The notes: generated by a model from the sequence alone, not told the origin. A stretch of 64,000 nucleotides of DNA from an uncultured archaeon (GCA_964342815.1 CAYFHS010000006.1:64001-128000); one strand, 5' to 3'. Shown: positions 48,601 through 59,200, counted from the stretch's first letter. Made by a program: numbers and translations.

Positions 48601-49603
48601 GAATTCCATTCACACCGATATCTGAAAGATCGAACTCCCATATCCAATCCGGGGATATGGACTTCATTTCCATCCTGGCGGTACCGTCATCCCCGTTCCC
48701 TTCATTTGTGATATTGAAGTCCAGTTCCACCTCTGAGTGCGGATAGGAGAAGGTGGAATAGATAGGTGCCTCAAGGCCCAAACTGAATATCTGTTTAACC
48801 TTCGTCTCCACGCTGGCCAAGTGATGTATCTCCGGATCAACCTGTGAAGATGCTATGAACTTTAGGACATCGCTGTCATCCTTTTTGGCATTGTCAGGAA
48901 TCTTCACTTTCACTCTTTTTATCGCGGTCTGGTTTATACCAAGGGTTTGTGTGAACGAAGGACCCTGTATCTCGTGCCACCAGTTGTTCGGTGAAACCAG
49001 TGATATGAAGTAAGCTTCCTCCCCGTTCCCGATATTGCGTATCTGGAAATCATATGTGACATAGTCGCCAGGGTCTCCTTCGCGGTAGTCAGGTATTCCG
49101 TTTGCCGGATCGATATCAGTATCCTCAACATTGATCGGTCCTTCAACACTTACCAGAGGAACAAGCATAACCTGAACGTCAATATATATGACGTGATATT
49201 GGGTGGGGTCTCCCTGGCTCGTCCCTTTTATGGCTATACGGTATATTCCCTGCTTCTCCATCTTCGGACAGCTGATCAGCAGGGTGGTGCTCTTCTCGGG
49301 TCCGGTAGGCGGGCTGGTTCCCACATCGATGGTCGGTTCGAGAACGATGACATCCCACCCCTGAGGTCTCTGTGTGGCCTCCAATCTAAATGTATCGGAT
49401 TTATCCGGACTGGTATTTGTCACTGTAATGTTCAAAAAATCCGTCCATTTCCCCTCGCGGGGAAAATAAGGCTGATCAATTACTTTCAGGACGACTCCGT
49501 ATGAACTCCTGGTGGATTCAGCACTGCTTTCTTCAGGGCTGAGAACCATCAATGTCGCTCCAATAATAACGAGCAGCAAGAAAACAATTGTCCATTTCGG
49601 CAT
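45686..49603 (-). CDS. Large surface protein: five to six NEW3/Ig-like repeats, CARDB, TM, acidic repeat tail and basic Pro-rich C-terminus
   Basis: Signal peptide. Repeats PG....Y.F.I.N.GNG.D.Y. VDPGGIISEMNESNN. TM LLILEILGAVIVLVIVATIVI. Confidence 0.85.
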   Translation of the reverse strand: MPKWTIVFLLLVIIGATLMVLSPEESSAESTRSSYGVVLKVIDQPYFPREGKWTDFLNITVTNTSPDKSDTFRLEATQRPQGWDVIVLEPTIDVGTSPPTGPEKSTTLLISCPKMEKQGIYRIAIKGTSQGDPTQYHVIYIDVQVMLVPLVSVEGPINVEDTDIDPANGIPDYREGDPGDYVTYDFQIRNIGNGEEAYFISLVSPNNWWHEIQGPSFTQTLGINQTAIKRVKVKIPDNAKKDDSDVLKFIASSQVDPEIHHLASVETKVKQIFSLGLEAPIYSTFSYPHSEVELDFNITNEGNGDDGTARMEMKSISPDWIWEFDLSDIGVNGIQRYGKARCVLSLVIPETALNRTYTISIETYSSLKQLPDDSITFNITVFQEFDLNLTQKTNSIKVFPGEMITYNFSVENSGNGEDNYSIQLQKGGDINVTSWCELDTRNVEMGNGFSHEIFFYVRIPEMSRAGKYIIGIQVVSTGAREMQLVIEETLSFSFEIMKQYSLKMTGRIGDEILSINSDETDPEKRLDLFQFNVSNLGNAQDILLFTIDYPEKEGWRPPDFMISQVMLQYRETRGNLILTVRAPFGIAIGEYHFTVHVTSTKDPSENPASDSIDFIVKIVRFDIEIDKIISLDSHLVDSSENISSANINSIELKIWVRNVGNLDIDRFNVSLYINDERIAPYRTREIFDFKSEMNKELSFDFSPSTYSTYRFFFIVDPGGIISEMNESNNRVVLTYIVREANEGYLFSMLLEDCGGLNPGPVSDKLKNCFSLNDINLSKRAVISSDKENEWKVTDGSVEYRLSITGSEMVVYHVDQNSEGNDSPLLLILEILGAVIVLVIVATIVIRISRSRRKDPLIDTGLVEGEEYKFHDRGIKPEFDGLELDDFFEGMEGDTEKEKKKEDTIKDEGTGYFVSGQDQVDSGGTDLGFTIYKPPSKITGTTSTQRSYQSEWEEQDSAIYMHEEDQSVRVEQDSATYIHEEDQSEWKEKDSATDMHEEDQSEREEQDSAIYMHEEDQSEREEQDSAIYMHEEDQSEWKEKDSTTDMHEEDQSEWEEKDSTTYLHEGDRTEWEEHDTSSETDEAQYGEWGEDAQTSDGESKESVESDQYEKSDEIPIPGESVPMDEDHGKEEEQTRQSTPVIPERKQYLMLKPKSEKKETEKARTKKPLMMKPVSGPVVSRSKGENDKLDDLFGILRSPKSRHAPRQTSPVVPGGSGPGISKQVGRPMMKPRDRSMQTSPAVKVEASPVVQVEAGNGITKQMGRPMMKPRTSPRRPSIKPRTGATPTMRPVGEKERPKMKPVTKDKD
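46406..46762 (-). repeat. Coding tandem repeat, 51-bp unit (17 aa, QSEWEEQDSAIYMHEED) x7
   Basis: Seven head-to-tail in-frame copies, plus a degenerate eighth toward ~46380. Confidence 0.95.
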
Positions 49604-49699
49604 TTTATACGTTCCTTTCGGTTTTACTGAATCATCTTTAGCTCATTGTCTCTATTTTATTTATCTTTTTTACTCATTTATCCGTAGGAAACAGCAGAA

Positions 49700-50020
49700 T
49701 GACTGCTTCGCTCCGGTGACTTTTCAAGTCCCCTGCACCCTCGGGAGTTTACTCCCTGCGGGTACACCCGTTTTAAACGGGGGATGAATGCTCCTGTAGC
49801 CACACTTGGCGAAGGAGCAGCAAAGCCCAAAGGGGTTTGCGGAGTGTAACGGGCTCCTCCGGTCGTTTCCGAGGATGGAGGCGTATCACCGATGCGTCCG
49901 CAGGGGGGTCATCCCTGAGGGCGCAGCAACGTCGTAGATGTTGCGTAGCGAAGCGTGCGCCGGAACGATAGTGGGCACCTGTAAGCACACTTGCTGAAGG
50001 TGCAGGGGAAACTTTTCCCC
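49700..50020 (+). ncRNA. Candidate structured RNA or MITE-like element with a twice-repeated covarying hairpin
   Basis: GC-rich, hairpin-dense intergenic segment. Hairpins at 49790-49818 and 49975-50003 differ only by compensatory changes. Long-range stem 49729-39/49999-50009. Confidence 0.5.
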
Positions 50021-50122
50021 GTAATGAAATGTGCATCTGTGGGTGATTCATTTAGTAGATTCCTTTTAAACTTTGCGATAATCTCGTAAAGATTTTAGTA
50101 ATAGAGAAAGGATTGGTCGGGT

Positions 50123-52387
50123 ATGGTTGATAAAAAAATTTCATATTTATTGGTTTTTCTTTTCATATTTATTTTTATACTCCTTTTCGGGTGCGGTCCT
50201 CGATTTGTTTCAATATCCGGAAATCGATCACCCGTTTTCCCCGGAACTGGTGAAAGGAGTTCCATGGATGATATGCTGGTCATGGACGAGGATAGTATTA
50301 TCAATGACGGAGAAACGCTCAAGATACCTCCCGGGACCGTGGTATCGCTGGGGAAGGACGTCAGGTTGACCGTTTACGGAGCACTGGAGGTAAGAGGGGA
50401 GGTGAATGACCCCGTGGTCTTCAGGAGGAGTGATCCAAATTATCCCTGGGAAGGCATACTTGTAGAAAAAGGTGGATTTGCACATATTGTAAATGCCGAT
50501 ATTTCCGGCGGAACCAGGACCATCATATGCAATAACAGCTCGCCGATCTTGGAAAACCTATCAATCAGAGATGCGACTAACGGATTAATTGTTGCAGGCG
50601 ACTCGAAGCCCTTTGTGAGGAATGTAAAGCTCGATAATGTAGTGAACGGTATCGGTCTTCGGTCGAATGAGAATTCCGGGGCCGACTTCGATTATTCCTT
50701 CACGGAATGGCAGGTGAATATGTCTGGTAGCGAAGGCTCCATAGACTACCCGGCTCAACACTTGTCTTCCGATTCATTTATCTCACTCCAATCAAATTTT
50801 AAAAATTTGAAAGGAAATAATGCGACGAAGGTTGTTTTAGAAAACAGTTTTCATCTTTCGGCGTTTGAACATCTTTCGAGGGACGGCCTTCGTTTGGTGC
50901 TTTCCTACGACCGAACCATGGAAGACCTCCGGGGGATAAAGGTTAGGCTCAACGGTATTATACAAAACACCTCTTGCTCGGTAATTGATGCAGGTCTCTG
51001 TGAAAATGGAACATTTTTTCAGGCCCTTGAACTCTCCGGTTTCTATGATAACTATTCGGACATGCTCTCCAATAAAAGGAATTCGCTCATTTCCCCTACT
51101 TCTCAGGTACCAAATATTATTCCTAACGAATATCACATAGCACTTGGGGAGGGATTAATGGAGGGTTTGAATGTGATCCGAGTTGAGTTGGATGAAAATT
51201 TATTTTCCGATAAACCACCCTCGGTATTCATGGAATCCGCTCTTCCCACAGGTGGAGTATACGATAACATATCCATGACAAATGGCGGGGACTGGGGTTT
51301 ATTTATCTCCGGATCCGAACCGCTTTTTTCCAGAGTGAATGTAGAAGGTGTTTCGCGTCATATGGTTGTCAAGGGATGCTCCCGCCCGGTCTTGTTAGAA
51401 TGTAATTTTGTTGGAGGGAATGCAACGGACGGGATAATCTCACTGGATGAGGGAGCTTTTATCAGAATACGTGATTCGACATTTTCAGATTTCACTTCTT
51501 CGCCAATAGAGCTGTCCCAGGGTACTGCTGCTCTTGTTTTCTGTAGATTTGAAAATATCACCACAAATGAGATGGGAGCTCTAAAGCTGGATGTGAATCC
51601 GTTCATAATTCCCTCGGTTGCCAGCCTTCTGGAAATCCGACCCATCGTAATAAATGGGATCGAGATGAAGAACATTTCTGGGTGGGGGCTCATGGTCTTG
51701 GGGGGCAGGATATCAATCTTCGATTCCACGTTCGCTGACAGCGCAAATGGTCTTTATATCGGTGAGGGGACAGCCGCGGATATTCGTGGAAATACATTTC
51801 GAGATCTGGTCTCCACAGGGATTCTTTTATACCGTGCCATGGATAATCGCGTTAACATAAATTCGAATTTATTTATTGCTGTTGAAAAATACGGAATAAT
51901 TGTAAAACAGACTTCCGCCAGCCTCTCCGATAATATTGTGGAGGGTTCGATCGATCACGCCGTTAGTTCCGTTAAATTAACTGACACTTATCTTCTGGAG
52001 CGTAACTGGGCAGTCTATATCGAGAACAGTATATGCAGTTTAGAAAGTAATTTTATCTCGAACAACAGCTTTTCGATACTCGTTGGTATCGACAGCATAG
52101 CATGGCTGGAAAACAACCGGATCTCAGGAATTGACGGGATCGGTATTGGTGTTCTTTCAAAAAAAGCGGTTCATATTTCCGAAACTTCTGTTACAGTTTT
52201 AGACGGATATGACATTGTCTACTTCGAGGATTCAAAGGTCAGTTTTGATCAGGTCACATACAATACAACTGCTTATATTGAAGAGGGTAATAATGAACTG
52301 GATGAAGGTTATTTCAGCGTTATTATTCCTGTAATTATCCTTTTCGTTCTATTGCTCGTGGCCCTTGTTCGTATCAAGATAAAATAA
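50123..52387 (+). CDS. Right-handed parallel beta-helix (NosD/pectin-lyase-like) surface protein with a C-terminal TM
   Basis: LTVYGALEVRGEVNDPVVF....WEGI motif. Repeated I..N.F..N turns. C-terminal hydrophobic helix followed by RIKIK. Confidence 0.8.
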   Translation: MVDKKISYLLVFLFIFIFILLFGCGPRFVSISGNRSPVFPGTGERSSMDDMLVMDEDSIINDGETLKIPPGTVVSLGKDVRLTVYGALEVRGEVNDPVVFRRSDPNYPWEGILVEKGGFAHIVNADISGGTRTIICNNSSPILENLSIRDATNGLIVAGDSKPFVRNVKLDNVVNGIGLRSNENSGADFDYSFTEWQVNMSGSEGSIDYPAQHLSSDSFISLQSNFKNLKGNNATKVVLENSFHLSAFEHLSRDGLRLVLSYDRTMEDLRGIKVRLNGIIQNTSCSVIDAGLCENGTFFQALELSGFYDNYSDMLSNKRNSLISPTSQVPNIIPNEYHIALGEGLMEGLNVIRVELDENLFSDKPPSVFMESALPTGGVYDNISMTNGGDWGLFISGSEPLFSRVNVEGVSRHMVVKGCSRPVLLECNFVGGNATDGIISLDEGAFIRIRDSTFSDFTSSPIELSQGTAALVFCRFENITTNEMGALKLDVNPFIIPSVASLLEIRPIVINGIEMKNISGWGLMVLGGRISIFDSTFADSANGLYIGEGTAADIRGNTFRDLVSTGILLYRAMDNRVNINSNLFIAVEKYGIIVKQTSASLSDNIVEGSIDHAVSSVKLTDTYLLERNWAVYIENSICSLESNFISNNSFSILVGIDSIAWLENNRISGIDGIGIGVLSKKAVHISETSVTVLDGYDIVYFEDSKVSFDQVTYNTTAYIEEGNNELDEGYFSVIIPVIILFVLLLVALVRIKIK

Positions 52388-52450
52388 TTTTTTTTTTATA
52401 ACTTTGAGATTGAAATATCCGATAGATCAGTGGAATATTGTTTCTATACA

Positions 52451-52531
52451 GAATATCCTGGCGAGTAAATTTAAGTACTAACGAGTTTATGTTAATAGTA
52501 TCAGTCTTTACATACCTGATGGTGAATGTCC
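52451..52531 (+). promoter_or_regulatory. Duplicated promoter/leader, copy 1
   Basis: 77/81 identical to 56159-56239. TATA-like tttaagta, atcag..ctgat inverted repeat, GGTGA SD. Confidence 0.7.
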
Positions 52532-55477
52532 ATGAAATTTATCTCGATTCCGTTTGTATTTTTACTTCTGTCAAGTATCTTTGCCGGGATCGTGAACTTA
52601 GAGGTTGAATTTGGGAAAGGAGATTTATCCGAAGTCGAGGTGGTTCAAATCGGTGACACGGAAAGGGGAAACTCGTTTTCTATTGGTGCGAGAGGGAACC
52701 AATGGTACTCAGGGACGGTAGATTCTCAAGGTTCTGTGGGTAGATATTCTTCTATTGCAGTGGACCCTAATAATCAGGTACATATAAGTTATTATGATTA
52801 CTCAAACAGTGCTTTAAAATACTCGATTTTTGACGGTATAAAATGGTCCACGGATTTTGTCGATTCCAGGGGTAATGTTGGTGAATACACATCCATAGCC
52901 ATCGATAGTCTGAATCAGCCCCACATCAGTTATTATGATAATAGCAATTATAATCTGAAATATGCTTTTTTCAATGGCGTAAACTGGCAAACTGAAACCG
53001 TGGATTCAATTGGATATGTTGGAGAATATACATCACTGGCTCTAGACTCAAATGACCTTCCCCATATAAGTTATTATGATCTTATCAACTTCGATCTGAA
53101 ATACACTTACAACAATGGGGTAGAATGGTATACTGAAACTGTGGATTATCAAGGGAGAGTTGGTGAACATACCTCTATTGCCCTTGATTCCAATAACCAT
53201 CCTCATATAAGTTATTATGATGATCTCAACCGCGGTTTGAGATATACTTATTATGATGGAGATCAGTGGTTTAATGAGACGATATATTCCGAAGTTTCCG
53301 GAAGTCGGACCTCAATCGCAATTGATAACAACGACCACCCTCACATCAGCTTCGTTGACATTGGTAATGATGATTTGAAATATGCTCATTGGAATGGGAC
53401 AGCATGGTTAAACGAAACTATTGACTCACAAAGGGAAGTAGGCTATTGTTCTTCATTAGCATTAGATGTAAAAGGAAATCCCCACATAGCTTATTATGAC
53501 AATTCCAACGGTGGTCTGAAATATGTTTATTATGATGGATTTCTGTGGCGTTCCGAGCTTATAGATGCGTCGGTGGGTTCGTATTTGTCAATGACACTGG
53601 ATGACTCCGACCAACCGCACATTAGCTATGAAAGCTTAAATTATTACCTGAAATATGCTACTATCGACGATGACCCACCCAATCTTATCAGCGATAACAG
53701 TCCGGATTACGCCACCACCGGCGACGAGTTCAATTTTAAAATATCTGCATCGGATAATACTGAAATCGATGTGGTTTTTATCAACTGGACTCATGGTAGA
53801 GAAATGGGTATTGTAAATCTTTCTGAATCTGGACAATATTGGAAATCCACGATCCGACTCGACCACACTCTAACGAACATGACCTATACAATATACATAG
53901 ATGACATTATGGGAAACCGTTTTTGTGGTACTTTAGAGACAGTGATCATATCTGATAATGATCCTCCAGGAATGGAGCAACCTACAAATTCGCAAGGTTA
54001 TACCGGGGACGAAATGACATTTTTTATTGATATTTTAGACAACATTGCAGTGGAAAATGTATATTTTACTTATTGGACTGGATGGGGCTCATATAATTAC
54101 TCGATAGATAATAATACTGGCACTTCATGGAATATTACAATTATTACACCTATTAGTGAATTGTCGTTAACGTATTACTTTTCCGCGATGGATACGTCCG
54201 GAAACTGGGCAAATACTACAGCGTATAACGTTGAGATCATTGATAATGATGGGCCTTTGCTCATACAGGACTTGACAAGCGGCCAAGCAGTAACCGGTAG
54301 TAAATATTTTTTTCAAATAGGAGCCTGGGATCAGTCAGGTGTAGCATCTGCTAACATATGTTGTTCCTTTGACAATAATGTATATATTGAGAATCCCATG
54401 ATCTATAATAATCTATTCGATTTATGGGATGGATTGATCTCAGTTTCTATAAATTCCAGTTATATATATTACCATTTTAACATAACGGATTCCTACGGTA
54501 ATTATCGATTAACGCCTCAGAGGATCATCAAGGTTATAGATAATATAAAACCTGTGGTAGAGACGGGAAAGGATATGGTTTGTTCGCTAAATGAAACCGT
54601 TACGTTCGATGGATCAGGTTCAGTTGACAATATCGGCATAGTATCGTATAATTGGACTTTCAATTATAATGGAACACCAATATTGCTGACCGGTGAAAGA
54701 TCAAACTTTAGCTTCAATATCTTGGGAGTCTATGGCATCAAATTAACAGTAACCGATGAAGCAGGAAATATAGCAAATGATATATTCATTCTAGGAGTGA
54801 AAGATATTACACCACCCATTGCCAACATATCATTGTTGGGAAATTACAATTATAGCAATGGATTGTATATAATTCCTGTTAATCAAAAAATCATTTTTTC
54901 CGGTAGGGATAGTTATGACAATGATATAATCGAGCAATATCTTTGGAGATTCAAAGATAACTTGAAACAGGTTGAAAGGGAAAAAGATCAAATATCATAC
55001 AGTTTTAGTCAACCCGGATATTATTATATCATGCTTACGACCACTGATCGGTCTGGAAATAACGGCACTAATCTTATTAAAATAGATGTAATCGAGGATG
55101 ATATAGAGAATGAAATCATTGATAAACCTAAGGAGACCGTACCTAAAAAAATTGAGAATGACAACTCCTTTTTGGACATAATCTTGGATATACTATTGAT
55201 AATTTTATTATTGGTCATTGGTTATATGCTCGTTGTAAGGTTTAAAACGAGAAAAAATAAAAAACCAAAAGTATCAACTAGAAGAGCCAATGATGGAGGC
55301 CGCTTATTTAGAACGTCCAATAAGTATCGAAGACGGAGAAAATTAAGATATAAGATGCCTAAAGCCAGGGAGATGCCGGGGGAACAGATTTTTTCAAATT
55401 CTACACGGCAGGGGCTGAGAACTCCACCGGAGGCTCCAATAAATACCCGTTATTCTCATGGTTTTAATGATTGGTAG
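52532..55477 (+). CDS. Seven-repeat beta-propeller + Ig/PKD surface protein, copy 1 (ends at an in-frame TAG before the J-domain)
   Basis: Seven ~47-aa repeats VDS.G.VG.YTSIALDSN..PHISYYD..N..LKY. PKD motifs. TM. Paralog of 56240-59602. The conserved ATG is 52532. Confidence 0.88.
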   Translation: MKFISIPFVFLLLSSIFAGIVNLEVEFGKGDLSEVEVVQIGDTERGNSFSIGARGNQWYSGTVDSQGSVGRYSSIAVDPNNQVHISYYDYSNSALKYSIFDGIKWSTDFVDSRGNVGEYTSIAIDSLNQPHISYYDNSNYNLKYAFFNGVNWQTETVDSIGYVGEYTSLALDSNDLPHISYYDLINFDLKYTYNNGVEWYTETVDYQGRVGEHTSIALDSNNHPHISYYDDLNRGLRYTYYDGDQWFNETIYSEVSGSRTSIAIDNNDHPHISFVDIGNDDLKYAHWNGTAWLNETIDSQREVGYCSSLALDVKGNPHIAYYDNSNGGLKYVYYDGFLWRSELIDASVGSYLSMTLDDSDQPHISYESLNYYLKYATIDDDPPNLISDNSPDYATTGDEFNFKISASDNTEIDVVFINWTHGREMGIVNLSESGQYWKSTIRLDHTLTNMTYTIYIDDIMGNRFCGTLETVIISDNDPPGMEQPTNSQGYTGDEMTFFIDILDNIAVENVYFTYWTGWGSYNYSIDNNTGTSWNITIITPISELSLTYYFSAMDTSGNWANTTAYNVEIIDNDGPLLIQDLTSGQAVTGSKYFFQIGAWDQSGVASANICCSFDNNVYIENPMIYNNLFDLWDGLISVSINSSYIYYHFNITDSYGNYRLTPQRIIKVIDNIKPVVETGKDMVCSLNETVTFDGSGSVDNIGIVSYNWTFNYNGTPILLTGERSNFSFNILGVYGIKLTVTDEAGNIANDIFILGVKDITPPIANISLLGNYNYSNGLYIIPVNQKIIFSGRDSYDNDIIEQYLWRFKDNLKQVEREKDQISYSFSQPGYYYIMLTTTDRSGNNGTNLIKIDVIEDDIENEIIDKPKETVPKKIENDNSFLDIILDILLIILLLVIGYMLVVRFKTRKNKKPKVSTRRANDGGRLFRTSNKYRRRRKLRYKMPKAREMPGEQIFSNSTRQGLRTPPEAPINTRYSHGFNDW

Positions 55478-55873
55478 TCATCTCCGGTACCGGAAATATC
55501 CATCGAAAAGGATCCGATTCCCAAAACGGTGGAGAAGGAACAATTGAATGATAATATTAATTTGGGTATTGGTCCGAAGGTCCATGTTGAACCAATTGGG
55601 ACGGGTCGGGTGATAAAAACAAAACCCGTACCAGTTCTCGCAAATCCTTTTGATATTTCAACACGCCAGGGATGCCTGAATTTTTATAATATGCTTCTTG
55701 GGAAAAACCGTATTAACGTTACGTTAAGATCTGATTCCACCCCTGATCAGATCAAGAAAGCCCACAGAATAATAATAAAGAAATATCATCCCGATAAGTG
55801 GCAAAAGGACAAAGATAAAGCCACCTTTCTCATGAAAAGGATTAACGCCGCCTGGGAATTGCTTTCCAAATAA
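55478..55873 (+). CDS. In-frame continuation of copy 1 encoding a J-domain (read-through, split gene or pseudogenised tail)
   Basis: SSPVPEISIEKDP aligns with copy-2 SSQVPGISIEKDP. IIKKYHPDKW HPD motif. The ORF track gives GTG 55529. Confidence 0.75.
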   Translation, partial: SSPVPEISIEKDPIPKTVEKEQLNDNINLGIGPKVHVEPIGTGRVIKTKPVPVLANPFDISTRQGCLNFYNMLLGKNRINVTLRSDSTPDQIKKAHRIIIKKYHPDKWQKDKDKATFLMKRINAAWELLSK

Positions 55874-56007
55874 TAATTTTTTTTAATGGAAAACAAAAGC
55901 TAGAATCAGTCCCCTTGTTGACTAGACTTGAAATTGGGTACTTGAAACATTAGCCGATCGGTTTTAAGGTACTATTTACATTAATACCGCGTATTTAGTG
56001 GAGGATG

Positions 56008-56100
56008 ATATTAAAGGGGATGGAGGTGATTTTGGATTATTCTTGCTATAATTTTTCCCTTATCCTAGTTCTCTTGATCCTCGTTCGCGGAATAAAATGG
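56008..56100 (+). pseudogene. Frameshifted relic of a C-terminal TM anchor (3' end of a lost gene)
   Basis: Reads EDDIKGDGGDFWIILAIIF, then after a 1-nt shift LILVLLILVRGIK. It resembles the beta-helix gene end and sits a similar distance upstream of the duplicated promoter. Confidence 0.35.
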
Positions 56101-56158
56101 AATCCTTCTATATTACAGGTTGAAAGTTTTTGTATGTGTGTATTCTTATATCTGTGTT

Positions 56159-56239
56159 GAATATCCTAGCGAGTAGATTTAAGTACTAACGAGTTTATGT
56201 TATTAGTATCAGTCTTTACATACCTGATGGTGAATATCC
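56159..56239 (+). promoter_or_regulatory. Duplicated promoter/leader, copy 2
   Basis: Near-identical to 52451-52531. Confidence 0.7.
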
Positions 56240-59200
56240 ATGAAATTTATCTCGATTCCGTTTGTTTTTTTACTTCTGTCAGGTATCTTTGCCGGGATCG
56301 TGAACCTAGAGGTTGAATTCGGGAAAGGGGATTTATCCGAAGTCGAAGTGGTTCAAATCGGTGACACGGAAAGGGGAACCTCGTTTTCTTTGGGTACCAG
56401 AGGGAATAACTGGTACAGTGTTCAAATTGATACTTTAGGTTACAGGGGGCAAACCACCATTGCATTGGATTCGAATAATCAAGCACATATAAGTTATTAT
56501 GATTCTTCCAATAACGAGCTGAAATACTCTAATTTTGATGGAAACAAATGGTCCATTGATTTTATCGATCCGGCTGGTGGGTATGGTGCGTACCCATCCA
56601 TTGCTATTGATAACTTGAATCAGCCCCATATGAGTTATTATGGTAACGGAGATTTGAAATATGCTTATTTAAAATGGATGGAATGGCAGACCGAAATGGT
56701 AGATTTTGTGGGGGATGTCGGTTATCATACGTCTCTGGCTTTGGATTCTGACAATCATCCTCATATAAGCTATTATGATAATTCCAATACTGATCTGAAA
56801 TACGCATATCACGATGGGGCGGAATGGCAGACCGAAATAGTGGATTCTCAAGGTATAGTCGGTTCATATACCTCTATTGCTCTGGATTCACAGGATCTTC
56901 CTCACATTAGTTATTTTGATTATACCAACTATGACCTAAAATACGCATTTTTTGATGGATCTCGGTGGCACAACCAGACCCTGGATTCAAATGGGAATGT
57001 TGGAAGGTATACGTCATTGGCAGTGGATTCTAATGACCGTCCACATATCAGCTATGTTGATTATTCGTACTCCGATCTGAAATACACAGCCTATGATGGG
57101 ACCAATTGGCAAACTGAAACTGTGGATTTGCAAGGACCGCATGATGCTTACACATCTATTGCCCTGGATTCAAATGACCGCCCACACATAAGTTATCATG
57201 ATAATTCCAATCGCGACCTTAAATATGCTATTTTTGATGGATCTATCTGGCGGACCGAGATTGTAGATACAGAGGGCGGGGAAGCTTCGTCATTGGCTTT
57301 GGACGACAAAGATATACCGCATATTAGCTATGATTGCAGTACCGGAGGTTACGGTTATTACTTAAAATATACTACACTCGACTACGATCCCCCAATTCTT
57401 CTTAGCGATAAGAGCCCGGATTTTGCCACAACCGGCGATGAGTTCGATTTTAAGATATCCGCCTGGGATATTACGGAAGTTGGTGAAGTTTATATCGATT
57501 GGGCCCATGGGAAGAAAACGGGTATTGAAAATCTATCCAAATCGGGTGAATATTGGAAATCCAATGTACGTCTCGATCACAATTTATCGAAGATGACCTA
57601 TACAATATACATGGATGATATAATGGGAAACCGTTTTAATAGTAGCTTACAGACGGTGAATATCACCGATAACGACCTCCCGGTATTGGAGCAACCTAAG
57701 CATATGCAAGGGTATGCCGGGGAGCCGATAACTTTTAGGATTCCCATTGGGGACAATATCGCATTGGAAAGGGTACATTTCGCATATTGGTACGGATCAG
57801 GTTCATACAATTATTCGGTTGTAAATAACTCACAAAATACATGGAATATTACAATAACCGCACCTACTAATGAACTTTGGTTCTCCTATTACTTTTCCGC
57901 TATGGATACCTCCGGTAACTGGGCGGATACCCCAATATATAATATAGAGCTCTACGATATCAAAGCACCTGTGCTTCTGGATGACCTCACGAGCGGCCAA
58001 CCAAAAACCGGTAAACTATTTCGTATTCAGATGAGAGCCTGGGACCATTTCGGTATCTCTTCTGTGAATCTTTTTTATTCGTCTGACGTTAATACATATG
58101 TTGATGATCCCATGATCTATTTTTATCAGCATGATTTCTGGGAGAGTTCGATTACCATTCCGATTGATGCCACTTATATTTATTATTATTTCATAATAAC
58201 GGATTCAAACGGTAATTCCTTACTGACAGATATCAGGAATATCGATGTGCTGGATAAACAAAAGCCCGTGGCCGATGCTGGAAAAGATCGGATTATAAAG
58301 CAGCACGAATCGGTAATATTCGATGGGTCTAGCTCTCGCGATAACATGGGGATCGTGTCGTATAATTGGACCTTTGTCTATGATAATGAAACTATATTGT
58401 TGACCGGTGAAAGATTGAGTTTTTCATTCAGCAGTTTTGGAATTTATAGTGTTACATTAACTGTTTCCGATAAAGCCGGTAATATTGCAAAGGATATAAT
58501 GATCGTAGATGTGAAGGATACTACCCCTCCCAAAGCCAATGCATCACTGTTCGGAAAACATAATTTTACCGAGGGTTGGTATATTTTTCCAGAGAATCAG
58601 GTGGTCTATCTGGACGGTAGGGGGAGTACAGATAATGACTTGATTGATAAATATATCTGGAGGTTCGAGGAGGGTCGCAAACAGATTGAAATCAAGGGGT
58701 ACCTGAGGTCATACACGTTTAGTCAACCCGGGGTCTATACAGTTATACTTACAACCTATGATCGATCCGGTAATTCTGGCTCAGATATCATGAAATTGGA
58801 CGTATTGGGGGATGAAACCGATTTTGAAATCCCTGAGGAACCAGCAGGTAACCCTTCTCCGGTGAAAGAGAAAGAAACAGAAAAAGAAAAAGATTACTCT
58901 TTCTATATTTACCTGGGTATTCTTTTGTTACCACTGTTTTTAACAATTGATATCTTGCTCGTGATGAGGTATCGAAGGAGAAAAATAAAAACGAGAGTTT
59001 CAATTGAGGATCCCGATTATACTGAGCAATCTTATGAACAGATTGATAAGTATGTAAGGCGTAGAAAACATCGTGAAAAGACAAGACAAACGTGGGAAAT
59101 ACCGGGAGACAGTATATTTTCTTATTCGACATGGGAGTGGCTGGGAGCTCCACCGGAGGGTCCGGTAAATCCACGTTATTCCAATGCAAATGATGGTTGG

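Noticed and set aside
49700-50020. RNase P RNA or SRP RNA
   Set aside because: Neither strand has the P4-forming GGAAAGUCC/GGAAGUUCC and ACAGAA segments, or the SRP helix-8 CAGG-CCCGGAAGGG-AGCA motif.
55475-55477. Genome-wide amber recoding
   Set aside because: TAG serves as a normal terminator for the converging genes ending at 32302 and 32336, and no pyl genes are in the window. Only site-specific read-through remains possible.
56083-56093. Third copy of the gttcgcggaat REP-like arm
   Set aside because: It has no partner arm nearby and falls within the putative TM-anchor relic (codons V-R-G-I), so it is probably coincidental.
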